Source of the DNA: Escherichia virus TH42
Sequence record: MT446413.1
Reading direction: 5' to 3' (one strand)
DNA length: 64,000 bases
The translations under genes were made by a program, and so were the position numbers. A model generated the notes under the pieces. It was not told the origin of the DNA. It did not search any database and was given only the letters and a program-made list of their open reading frames with translations. Numbering within the stretch: the stretch's first letter is position 1; every line of letters begins with the position of its first letter. This document shows positions 36,591 to 46,200 of this stretch, piece by piece.

Positions 36591-37613
36591 TTGGAGGTAC
36601 TTATGGGTGCTGGAGGTTTTCGTAAGAATACTGGAAGAAACAACACCACACTTCCCTACAACGTTGGGTTTTTAAACAATGTAGAGGATACGGATAAATA
36701 TAACGTTGCAGTTTATGATGAATTGCAGAAAGTCAGTACAGCAACTAACCAGATGTTCCAAGCAATCGACGAGATTCATGAAGAAATAGATGTTCGTATT
36801 AAAGCTCTTAATGCAATGAACCTACAGTTTGATGAACTTGAGAACCGAATTACTACAGAGATTGAAACAGCTATTGCTGATATTCAAACACAGATGGGTA
36901 ATCTTTCTACTGAAGACATTTGGGATAGAAGCACTAACCCTCCGACTAAACTGGATGGTACAGTTGCAGGTTTCAAAACTTCTATTGAAGGTAATGATTT
37001 AAAGATTCAGACAGTACAAGGTATTGTGAATGAACAAGGACAAGAGATTGCTTTAGTTCAGACAGAACTTACTGCTCAAGGTACTCAGATTGCTGAAGTG
37101 GATGGTAAGGTTACTACTGTACAGAATTCTCTTTCTCAATACATGAGACTAGATAGTTACGAAGCTACATGGGGTGTCAACTCTTCTATTAATGGTCAGT
37201 ACGCTGGTGTTAAACTAACTAACAACGGCACGAACAGCCAATTCCAAGTAACGGCTAATAAATTTATTGTTGGTGATGGCAACTCTGGTAATACTCCTTT
37301 TGTTTTTGAAGGTGGTAGAGCTAGAATGGAATTCGCTGATATCAAGAATGTCAACATTACAACTGCTCAGATTGCTAATGCTCGAATCCAATTTGCTCAG
37401 ATTGATAACGTATGGATTCAAGATGGACAGATTGCTAACCTTACTGCTAACAAGATTACTGCTGGCTCTATGAGTGGTTCAAACTGGAGACTTACTGTTG
37501 GCGGGGATTTTGTGATGGGTGGTACAGGCGGTTCTCAGTTGTGGATGAACGGTAATAGAATAGATTTTTATGATGGGAGTGGAACTCTTCGTATAAGAAT
37601 AGGGAGTTGGTAA
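36591..37613 (+). CDS. putative tail fibre-like protein (340 aa)
   Basis: Short repeats (QIANARIQFAQIDNVWIQDGQIANL) typical of fibre shafts. Confidence 0.5.
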   Translation: MEVLMGAGGFRKNTGRNNTTLPYNVGFLNNVEDTDKYNVAVYDELQKVSTATNQMFQAIDEIHEEIDVRIKALNAMNLQFDELENRITTEIETAIADIQTQMGNLSTEDIWDRSTNPPTKLDGTVAGFKTSIEGNDLKIQTVQGIVNEQGQEIALVQTELTAQGTQIAEVDGKVTTVQNSLSQYMRLDSYEATWGVNSSINGQYAGVKLTNNGTNSQFQVTANKFIVGDGNSGNTPFVFEGGRARMEFADIKNVNITTAQIANARIQFAQIDNVWIQDGQIANLTANKITAGSMSGSNWRLTVGGDFVMGGTGGSQLWMNGNRIDFYDGSGTLRIRIGSW

Positions 37614-37614
37614 T

Positions 37615-38649
37615 ATGGCATATGGAATATGGACAAGCCCTGTTGGTCCGGGTCCGGCGGCACCTGCTGATATTTACATCGATAGTGGTAGCACGTTTCC
37701 TCAACTCAAGAATAGAGTTAGCGGTAACTTTGCATTTAGTGGAAACATTTGTGACCTCCCTATAAACGGGTGGGATGGAAGTGGTCAAATAGTTATTGTC
37801 CCAACAGGCTCTGTGGTATGGGAAAGATACATACCGCCTAATGTGACCTCGGACGTATACTGGATAGACAACATCTCAGTTATTAATAACTCTACTTTTC
37901 GAGTTACTATGGATTATAATGTTAATGGGTGGGTATTTGATATGGCTTTTAATGTGTATCAGATATGGCCTAGAGCTAATAGAAACTACGGAATTACTTT
38001 TTCTAACACAGCTGATTACTTCTCTATTTCTGACTCTGGCACTGTTGGTCAGTGTATCTGGGCTTGGGAAGGTGACATAAACGGCTCTCTTCAGATACCA
38101 GATATTGGAGGTTTTGATATGAGCCGGGCAACTGTTTATGCAAACTGGAGTCACGGAGGGGCGGGGTTGTTGTATAACCCATCTAACAGGGTTGTTTATG
38201 TGTACCAAAACAGGTCTCACGATAACAGTAACACAAACCAAACAGGATCTATTGGTGGTGTTAGGATTGCTGTTTTCTGCGATGGTTCTGGGGTACCAAC
38301 CCACAACGGTGGCCTAAACATCTTTTCCCCAAATGGGTCTCAGTGCGTATTCTCTACCTATAGAACCCCTTTTAGTGTTGAAGGGTTTATGCCTATGAGT
38401 GGAGGTAATACATCTCTGGCCTATCCAATGATACCACTGTCTTATGGGGCTGGGGCTATACGAGGAAGTGCTAGTGGTTGGTACTTTCAACACACAAGAT
38501 CTCATATGATGAATGGATCTTCTTTTGGGACAGGGTATGGAAGAATGATATACTCTTGGTCAAATCAGTATGATCTCGGTGGTGGGGGTGCTCTAGGATT
38601 AAGTATTCCGGTATTAGACGCCAAGAAGATTTTTAGAAGCATACAATAA
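37615..38649 (+). CDS. virion structural protein (344 aa)
   Basis: Start overlaps preceding stop; module position. Confidence 0.5.
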   Translation: MAYGIWTSPVGPGPAAPADIYIDSGSTFPQLKNRVSGNFAFSGNICDLPINGWDGSGQIVIVPTGSVVWERYIPPNVTSDVYWIDNISVINNSTFRVTMDYNVNGWVFDMAFNVYQIWPRANRNYGITFSNTADYFSISDSGTVGQCIWAWEGDINGSLQIPDIGGFDMSRATVYANWSHGGAGLLYNPSNRVVYVYQNRSHDNSNTNQTGSIGGVRIAVFCDGSGVPTHNGGLNIFSPNGSQCVFSTYRTPFSVEGFMPMSGGNTSLAYPMIPLSYGAGAIRGSASGWYFQHTRSHMMNGSSFGTGYGRMIYSWSNQYDLGGGGALGLSIPVLDAKKIFRSIQ

Positions 38650-38658
38650 GGAGAGGAT

Positions 38659-39453
38659 ATGGATAGGATTTTAGGAGTTTCAGAACTAGATCCACTGGTT
38701 CAACAAGCTGCTAAGAAGTATGGTATTCCTGCTGCTCTTGTTCATGCGGTCATTCAGAGGGAGTCTAGTGGTAAGCCCTCTGCCGCTTCAGGAACAGGGC
38801 CAGTAGGATTGATGCAGATTAGTAAAGGTTTGGCTAAAGATTATGGTTACAAATTAGAAGATCGTCTAGACCCAGCTAAGAATATCGACATGGGTGCTAG
38901 ATATATCAGGGACAACCTAAAAGCGTTTAATGGTGATGTAAGAAAGGCAATGGTAGGTTATTCAGAAGGGACTGGTGGAGCAAAACAAATGTTCGCTGGT
39001 AAGAGAGGGTTTACACCTCAAGCTCTCGATTCTATGAATAATAAAAACTTCCTCCCTTTCTATACAGCCAATGATGCTGCTGGTCAGGTAGCTAATCCGG
39101 TTGGGGCTTTACAGTCAGCACAGCCAGTGAACCAGTTCTCTCCTGAATTGGTTACTAAAGAAGGTGCTGCTAATTCCCCTACTCAAGCTGAGATTGCTGC
39201 TGCTAAGACAGGTGCTCTAGGTGGTTCTCCTGCTGAGTTCTATTCCGATGCTGTAGCAGAGACTGGGGAAGATCAGAAACCACAACAGAACTTCGGTAAT
39301 GCTGCACTAGCTGCTGCTGCGATGTTAGCAGGGAAGGCTCCTAAGTCTCAAACAGTTCAGAGAGCACATGCACCAACTCAAGCAGGTTCTCAATACAGCC
39401 CACAGACACAAGCCGTTCTTAGACGTTTGGCAAGTGTTGGTGTTATTAAATAA
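38659..39453 (+). CDS. lytic transglycosylase domain protein (putative internal virion protein)
   Basis: QRESSGKPSAASGTGPVGLMQI matches the SLT catalytic motif (E-S....A.S..GA.GLMQ). Confidence 0.7.
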   Translation: MDRILGVSELDPLVQQAAKKYGIPAALVHAVIQRESSGKPSAASGTGPVGLMQISKGLAKDYGYKLEDRLDPAKNIDMGARYIRDNLKAFNGDVRKAMVGYSEGTGGAKQMFAGKRGFTPQALDSMNNKNFLPFYTANDAAGQVANPVGALQSAQPVNQFSPELVTKEGAANSPTQAEIAAAKTGALGGSPAEFYSDAVAETGEDQKPQQNFGNAALAAAAMLAGKAPKSQTVQRAHAPTQAGSQYSPQTQAVLRRLASVGVIK

Positions 39454-39465
39454 TAAGGAGGACGT

Positions 39466-40515
39466 ATGTCTTTATTCGGGTCTGCTTCTAAGACTAAAAC
39501 TACAGTGGCTCCATCCTCTCAGGTTGATGCTCTGTTAAAACAGATTGTGGCTAATGCTCAGAATATGAACAGCAATGATGCTGGATTTATTTCTCAGCAA
39601 CTAGCTGGCCTTAACCCTAACCAACAAGCTGCTCTATCTAACTTAGCTAACTCTTCCACCTTGAATCAACTGAGTAATATGTACACTCCTCGGACACAAC
39701 AAGGTCTGGATCAGATGAACACTTTGGCTCAGAGATATCAAGACTTGGCTAATAGTTCAATCAGTGCTAGTGATGTTAACAAGTTCAGTTCTGGTCTAAA
39801 CAATTCTGCACTGGCTCAGGCAACAGGAAAGGCTGCATCTAACGTATCTCTTGGTAATGGTTCTGATTCAGGATCTCTTCGTAGGGCTGCTGCTCAGGGT
39901 GCTGCTTTGAATTCTGCTAATACCAACCTGTCTCGTACTATCTCTGGTAAGAACTTAGGTGTTGACGCTTTAAGATCTAACAGTTCCTTCCAGCAAGGCC
40001 TTCTGAACGCACAAACAGGGTTGGCTGGACAAAACCTTAACCTCGGCTCTCAAGGCACTCAGGCAGCTCAACAGGCTATCCAGAATCAACTTACTGCTGG
40101 TAACTTACAACAGCAGCAAGATCAGACTCAAGCTGACCTTAATTGGCAGAATGCTATTGGTAGTCAACAGTACGGATGGAATCAACTCAACAACCAATTA
40201 AATGTATTAAACTCAGTAAGCCCTATGGCTGGTTATACAATTACTAATAAAGGAGCCTCTCCTAACACATCCCAGCAAATTCTTGGTGCTGGAGTGACTG
40301 GTCTAGGTATTGCTGGTAGATTGGGTGCTTTCACTCCTAGTCAACAAACTCAGAATGCTTGGAACTCTTATAATGCTTCGGGTGGTCAATCTGGTATGGC
40401 TGGTCCTATGATCGGTGGGTCTAACCTATCCAATCAGAGTAATCAGAATAACTGGTTGTCTACAGCTGGGAGTAATATTTTGGGTGGTGTTCTAGGTGCC
40501 TTCGGGGCAAACTAA
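39466..40515 (+). CDS. Q/N/S/G-rich low-complexity virion protein (349 aa)
   Basis: Strong RBS; extreme low complexity; module position. Confidence 0.5.
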   Translation: MSLFGSASKTKTTVAPSSQVDALLKQIVANAQNMNSNDAGFISQQLAGLNPNQQAALSNLANSSTLNQLSNMYTPRTQQGLDQMNTLAQRYQDLANSSISASDVNKFSSGLNNSALAQATGKAASNVSLGNGSDSGSLRRAAAQGAALNSANTNLSRTISGKNLGVDALRSNSSFQQGLLNAQTGLAGQNLNLGSQGTQAAQQAIQNQLTAGNLQQQQDQTQADLNWQNAIGSQQYGWNQLNNQLNVLNSVSPMAGYTITNKGASPNTSQQILGAGVTGLGIAGRLGAFTPSQQTQNAWNSYNASGGQSGMAGPMIGGSNLSNQSNQNNWLSTAGSNILGGVLGAFGAN

Positions 40516-40526
40516 GGAGGTAAATA

Positions 40527-41498
40527 ATGGCAGGTTTATTCGGTGGAGGGGGTAGCTCTTCTACTTCCAAAATGACAAGACCTGAATATATTCAATCCTA
40601 TATTGACCAACTGGTTAATCAGGTGAATAACACAAGTTCAGGCGATTATGTTTATAGAGATAATGTAGGTTTCAATCAGAACCAAACTGAGGCTCTGAAT
40701 AACCTTTCTCAATCAGGAGCACTTGGTGCTCTGTCTTCTCAATATATGGATGCTGCTCAATCTGGTCTGGGATATCTCGACCAAGCCAATTCAGGCTATA
40801 ACAACCTATCTAACTCTGGTCAAATTACTGGTGAACAGATTGGTGCCTTGGCTGGTCAGCTCTATGACGATGAAGCTGTTCAGGCTGCTATTACAGCTAA
40901 CAATGAACAGACACAACAGGATTTGGCTCGTAATGCTCTACCTCAGTTGGCTCAGCAATATGCTGGACAGCAAGGTTCAGGTGCTAGAATGGCTAAATCT
41001 TTTGCTCAAGGTGATGCTCTTAATCAGATGCAGAACACAGCAACCAATATTACCAACAGTGCTTATGATTCAGCTCTTAATCAAGCTCAAAGCATTCTGT
41101 CAGGTAATAGACAATCTCAAGCTTCTGCTCTAAGTGGACTCTCTGGAATTGGTAGTTCTTTATCTAATTTAGGAACCCAAGCAGGTCAACTATCCCAGCA
41201 GCAGATGCAGAATCAGTGGGCAGCAGGTTTGCAGCAACAGCAACAGCAACAAGCTGGTCTGGATAATGCTTATACAAACGCTCAGAATGCAGCCAATTGG
41301 GGCTGGCAAGACATTAACAACCAACTCGGTGCAGCTGGTGTTCTCAACGGTGCTTTAGGTACTACAACTACTAATAAGGTTTCAGGTGGTGGGAGTGGTT
41401 TCTTAGGTGGTGCTATGAGTGGCGCAGCAGCAGGCTCTTCCTTCGGACCTTGGGGTGCATTAGCAGGTGGGGTTATCGGTGGGTTGGCTAGTTCTTAA
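40527..41498 (+). CDS. Q/N/S/G-rich low-complexity virion protein (323 aa)
   Basis: Strong RBS; compositionally similar to preceding gene; Gly-rich C-terminus. Confidence 0.5.
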   Translation: MAGLFGGGGSSSTSKMTRPEYIQSYIDQLVNQVNNTSSGDYVYRDNVGFNQNQTEALNNLSQSGALGALSSQYMDAAQSGLGYLDQANSGYNNLSNSGQITGEQIGALAGQLYDDEAVQAAITANNEQTQQDLARNALPQLAQQYAGQQGSGARMAKSFAQGDALNQMQNTATNITNSAYDSALNQAQSILSGNRQSQASALSGLSGIGSSLSNLGTQAGQLSQQQMQNQWAAGLQQQQQQQAGLDNAYTNAQNAANWGWQDINNQLGAAGVLNGALGTTTTNKVSGGGSGFLGGAMSGAAAGSSFGPWGALAGGVIGGLASS

Positions 41499-41512
41499 TT
41501 AGGAGATTAATT

Positions 41513-43144
41513 ATGCAACAAACATCTTACGCGTATCTTCGTAGTCAAGACCCGCGAAATCAGATTTATGGTGATCGTCAGAGAGGGGTTACGGCCTCTC
41601 CTTACATGTCCAGACCTGCTGGTCCAGCAGCTGACTTATCTATGTATCAGCGTCCAGCTCTTCCTGCTGTCTTAGGAGCTACAGTTGAACAAGCACAGGC
41701 TGACCAAGAAGCTATGATGAATCCGGGATTCAAGCAACGTCTTTATGAACAGCAGGGTATTTCCACTCCTACTAGTTTGGCTGGTATTGATGCTGGCATT
41801 AATCCGGGTGATGAAGGCTCTATGATGCCTGCTGATGTAGCTCCTGCTTCTAGCCCTCTTCCGGTTACAGCTCCTGCTAAACCAATTGAAGAGTCGGATA
41901 AAGAGTTTGCCCCTGAACAAGTACAACAGGCACAAGGTGTCATGAATACTATCGCTTCTGGTGTTCCTCAGGGTGAAGGTATGAGTGGTGCTACTCGTGC
42001 TGCTGACCAAGAACGTGTGAATCAGGATATTCTTAAAGTTGCACAATCTAAGAACCCGGCAGATGCGTGGAAGACTATGCAGAAACAGCCTTTCTATCAA
42101 AACTCTAGTTTCTATACAGGATTGATGGGTGTGGGTCTTTCTATTATGTCTGGTAAATCTCCGATTGAAGCATTCCAGATTGGCTCTGGTATGGCATCTC
42201 AGGATGAAGCTAAACAACAATTAGAACTGAACCGTGATAACCTGATCGAACAAGGTTACTCTCAGGATTCTGTAGCTGCTGCTGTAGCTGCTGGTGACCC
42301 TTCTCTTCTGAAGATGCGTCAGATTAGTCCTCAAGAGAAGATGGCTCTAGCCGCTCAAGATGAAGCTCGTGCTAATCAAGAGTGGGATAGACGTCAACAG
42401 ATTCAAGAGAATTCGATGCGGGAACGTGCTGCTGAAACCCGTCGTGCTGCTGAACAACGTGCTGATGCTCAGTTTGAGAAGCAGAAAGAGTTGATTGGTT
42501 ATCGTGATCAAGTTAAGGCAGACCGTGCAGAACAAGCTGCTCAAAGTTTTAACTTTAACCCGAAAGAAGTTCGTCTTGCTCAGAACACTGCTGAAGGTAC
42601 GGTTGCTAAGCAATGGGCAGAGAAGGCAGGACTGTTTAACCAGTCTCATAAAGACTTGGATTTGGCAGACAAAGCAGTTAAGGATGGTGATTATCAGACT
42701 GCTCGTTCTGCGTACATGCAGGCTATCATGAACTCCGCGAGAGCTGAGATTGGTGCTAACCGTTCTCTGCAAGCTGATGACTTGTCACACTTCGCAGAAG
42801 ACCCATCCATTCTTGTTAAGGTAGGTAACACTTGGTCTCTTAAAGCTGGTTATCGTCCATCCGATGCCGCTCTTTCCTATGCCCGTAAGCAAGCAACTGT
42901 TGGTGCTTCTTCTGCTGAGAAAGGTGTTAAGGATTCTAAGAAAGCAACTATTGAAGCTTATGTTGGTTCTGGTATGGACAAGAAACGTGCAACTGCTCTT
43001 GTTAACCGAGCTATTCCTTCTGCTGGTTTCTATGACCCTCTCGGTGTATTCGAAGCAGAGTCTGAAGCAGCTGTTGGTGGTTCAGCAACCAATCCTAAAC
43101 TTAATGGTGCTTTGTCTTCTAACACTGATTGGATGACTCAGTAA
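41513..43144 (+). CDS. virion protein (543 aa)
   Basis: Track ORF with RBS, module position. Confidence 0.5.
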   Translation: MQQTSYAYLRSQDPRNQIYGDRQRGVTASPYMSRPAGPAADLSMYQRPALPAVLGATVEQAQADQEAMMNPGFKQRLYEQQGISTPTSLAGIDAGINPGDEGSMMPADVAPASSPLPVTAPAKPIEESDKEFAPEQVQQAQGVMNTIASGVPQGEGMSGATRAADQERVNQDILKVAQSKNPADAWKTMQKQPFYQNSSFYTGLMGVGLSIMSGKSPIEAFQIGSGMASQDEAKQQLELNRDNLIEQGYSQDSVAAAVAAGDPSLLKMRQISPQEKMALAAQDEARANQEWDRRQQIQENSMRERAAETRRAAEQRADAQFEKQKELIGYRDQVKADRAEQAAQSFNFNPKEVRLAQNTAEGTVAKQWAEKAGLFNQSHKDLDLADKAVKDGDYQTARSAYMQAIMNSARAEIGANRSLQADDLSHFAEDPSILVKVGNTWSLKAGYRPSDAALSYARKQATVGASSAEKGVKDSKKATIEAYVGSGMDKKRATALVNRAIPSAGFYDPLGVFEAESEAAVGGSATNPKLNGALSSNTDWMTQ

Positions 43145-43164
43145 GACCTAAGTCCTATCTCTTA

Positions 43165-43172
43165 TAATGTAT
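43165..43172 (+). promoter_or_regulatory. ATAATGTA motif (candidate promoter element)
   Basis: 45 nt upstream of ATG of the 1472-aa gene. Confidence 0.25.
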
Positions 43173-43209
43173 ATAGGAGGTAGGACATTTTTATTTATAA
43201 GGAGAAATT

Positions 43210-46200
43210 ATGGCTAACTTAAAACCGTGGGAAGAAGCTTCTAAAAGCCCTGCGTATTTGAATGCCTCCCCTGAGCAACAGTCTCAGATGCGAGAACAGT
43301 ATAAAGCAGCGGGTGGAACGATTCCTGAGGCTGCTCCAGCTCCTAAACAAGAAGAGCAACCGGGGTTGGTTGGTGATTTTGCCCAAGGTGTGTCCAACGC
43401 TATTCAATCAGGTGGTGCAAACATTGCAGCTAGTGCTGCTAGAGGTATTGGTGGATTAGTTGAGATTGGAGAAAATCTAGCTGGTACACAGACAAGTTAT
43501 GGTAAGCGTATTCAAGACAACTCTAAAAACTTACTAGAAGAACGTCTTTCTCAAATCGAAGATGGTGTAGGTAAATCTGTAGGTCAGTATGCTGGCGTTG
43601 CCGCTGATATCGGTCTTACGGTCGCTAACCCAGCTGTAGCTGCTGCTGTTATTGCAGCTCGTGAAACAGGTAGGGCTTATGCGGACCAAACTCCAGAAGA
43701 GGGTGAAGAGAAGTCTGTTCTTGATGCTGGTCTAGTTGGTGGTGCTAACTTTGCAGCTCAGAAGATTCTTCCGGGGATGACAGGAACTGCTTCTACTACT
43801 CTAGGTCGTGTTGGTCAGAGTGTAGCATCTAACGCAGTGGCTGGTGCTAAAGGTGGTGCTCTTGTAGGTGCTGCTGAAGCACAGAACAAATATGGTGATG
43901 ACACTACTCTTGCTAACATTATTGAAGGTGCTGTAGAAGAAGGTGCGATGGGTGCTGCTTACGGTGGGGCTATCGGTGGGGTTCATGGATTGATAAGTCG
44001 TCCTAGTCCTCAAGTCTTTGACCGTACTCCAGAACACGTTAAGACTGACATTGCCGCTGAAGATGAAGCTATTCGCTCAGCTAAAAATGCAGACGAACTA
44101 AGAGAGGCTTACTCTAAAGCTGATAACGCTAACACAGCTTCCGCTCTTAACCTCCTCGATGAGAACGGTTTCCGTGTTACTGATGCTGTGGCTATGGACT
44201 CCCCTGCTGCTCAGCGTATCCTTAATACTGATCAAAGTCGTGCTGAGAAGGCTGCTACTATTCTGGAAGATCGTTCTAATGTTCCGGGTTTAAATCCTCT
44301 TGCTGCTCCTAATAAAAAGCAAGGTAAAGCTAACGCAGACAACGAACATAACCAGAAACAAGCTGTGGCAATGAAAGATGCAATGGCTGATTATACAAAA
44401 GACAACACTAAATCTCTGTCTGATGTTCTGGATAATCTTGATCGTGAATTAACAGCTGCTCGTGCCAGTGGTGATTTTACTGGTAGTGCTATGGACATTA
44501 AGAATCGTACCCAAGCAGATCGTGATTTCATTGATGCTTATAAAACTTTCTATAACGAAGCTAATCGATTCAAAGCTCGTGATGGTGAAGACTTTAATAA
44601 CTTCATAGAGAAAGCTACAGAGCTTCAGAAACTGGCTGATAATGTATCTCCAGAAATGAAAACTGCTATTGGTGGTTTGAAGAAACTTAAAGGAATGCCT
44701 GAAGGTTTCAACCCAATCCAAGATGCTTTCACTCTGAATAATACAGCTAAGTTAATGAGTAATCAAGACCGTGGTTGGACTTCTCTGACTGCTGATGGTT
44801 TTAAAGAAGCTGCTCCTCCAGTTCTGATTAAGAATCCTCTTGGTGCTGCTAAGCATGTTCTTAACCGTTTCCGTTCTGACCGTGCTCGCTCTCAACGCGA
44901 AAGCCAGCAGGCTGCTAACAGTGAAGCTATTCGTTCTCTTGCTCGTAGTGATATGGAAGTAACTCGTGCTCGTGCTCAGGCTGATGAAGCCCGTGCTGCG
45001 ATGGAGAAAGAACCTGAAGTTGATGACATTAAATTTAAGACTCAAAATGACACGGAAATCGAACCGGTTCGGGAGCCTTCTGCTACTACTGTGACGGAAG
45101 AAATTTCCTCTCCAGAAACCTCTCCTTTAACTGCTCGTGATTTGGTCGCACAGAGACGTGCTTTGAAGGAAGCTGAAGCTAGACGTCAAGAAGCCGAAGC
45201 TAATAAGGTTCAGGAAGAACCAACTCCAGAGCCAGTTCCACAAGAACCAGTTACTACCGCAAGGGATTTAGTTGCCCAGCGTCGTGCTGTTGCAGAAGCT
45301 CGTAAACGTCAAGAAGCAGAAGAGGCTAGCAAGGCTGCTGAGAGCGTTCCTGAGGAGCCTACCGTTCAAGCCGAGCCATTACCTACCCGTGCTCCTAAAG
45401 CTCCTGAGATTGAGCCTGAGCCTGTTAAACCAGCTACTGGAATAGAACGTCTAGCTGCTATGTCAAGTGCTGCCCGTCAAGCTACTAAAGATCGTGCAGA
45501 TCGCTTTGCTCGTTCCCTGTATACGGCAGGTGCTAAGGCTAAAGCCACAGCGGAGAATTTCCTTTCTTATAAAGGTGACCCGAAAGAGTTGATGCGTCGT
45601 ATCCGTCAGGAAGACCAAGCTAACAACGCTGAACGTCATGCTGAGATGGCTCGTAACCAGCTTGCTTCTCAACAGGGTATTGCTGCTGCTAAGTCACAAC
45701 GTGTTCGTTCTTCGTTTGCTGATTGGGTTAAGGAACGTGGTCTACCTTCTGATATTGCTACCAAGGCATTACGTGCTGAGGAGAAAGGTATTGGTGGGAA
45801 CGTGACTAGTCTGGATTCACTGAAGCGTAGGTCTGAACGTCTGTATCAGAAACAGCGCGATGATGAATTTAACAAGATGTATGAAGAAGCTCTTGCAGAG
45901 AATAAGAAGCTTGATAAAGCTGATGCTCCTAAACTGGTTGACCAGAAGAAAGAGTTACACAGCGAAATCAATTTACTTCTTGATGCAGAGCCATTACGTC
46001 CAGCTCAAAAAGATGCTATGCGTAAGTTGATGGAAGACTTTGTAGATGGGAAGTTTAAAGCTTCAGAGAAGGCTGGAAGGGAAGATGCTTTGGAAGTGGG
46101 ACAGATGAAGGATATATGGGATGGATTCATTAACACATATAACCGTGAAGTTAACATGTTCAACAAAGCTAATAAGAACTCTCAGTACGAAGCAGCAGCT

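Noticed and set aside
40723-41133. Plus-strand alternate-frame ORF inside gene 40527..41498
   Set aside because: Out-of-frame overlap of a low-complexity gene; Leu-rich translation is the signature of a shifted reading of Gln/Ala/Ser-rich codons.
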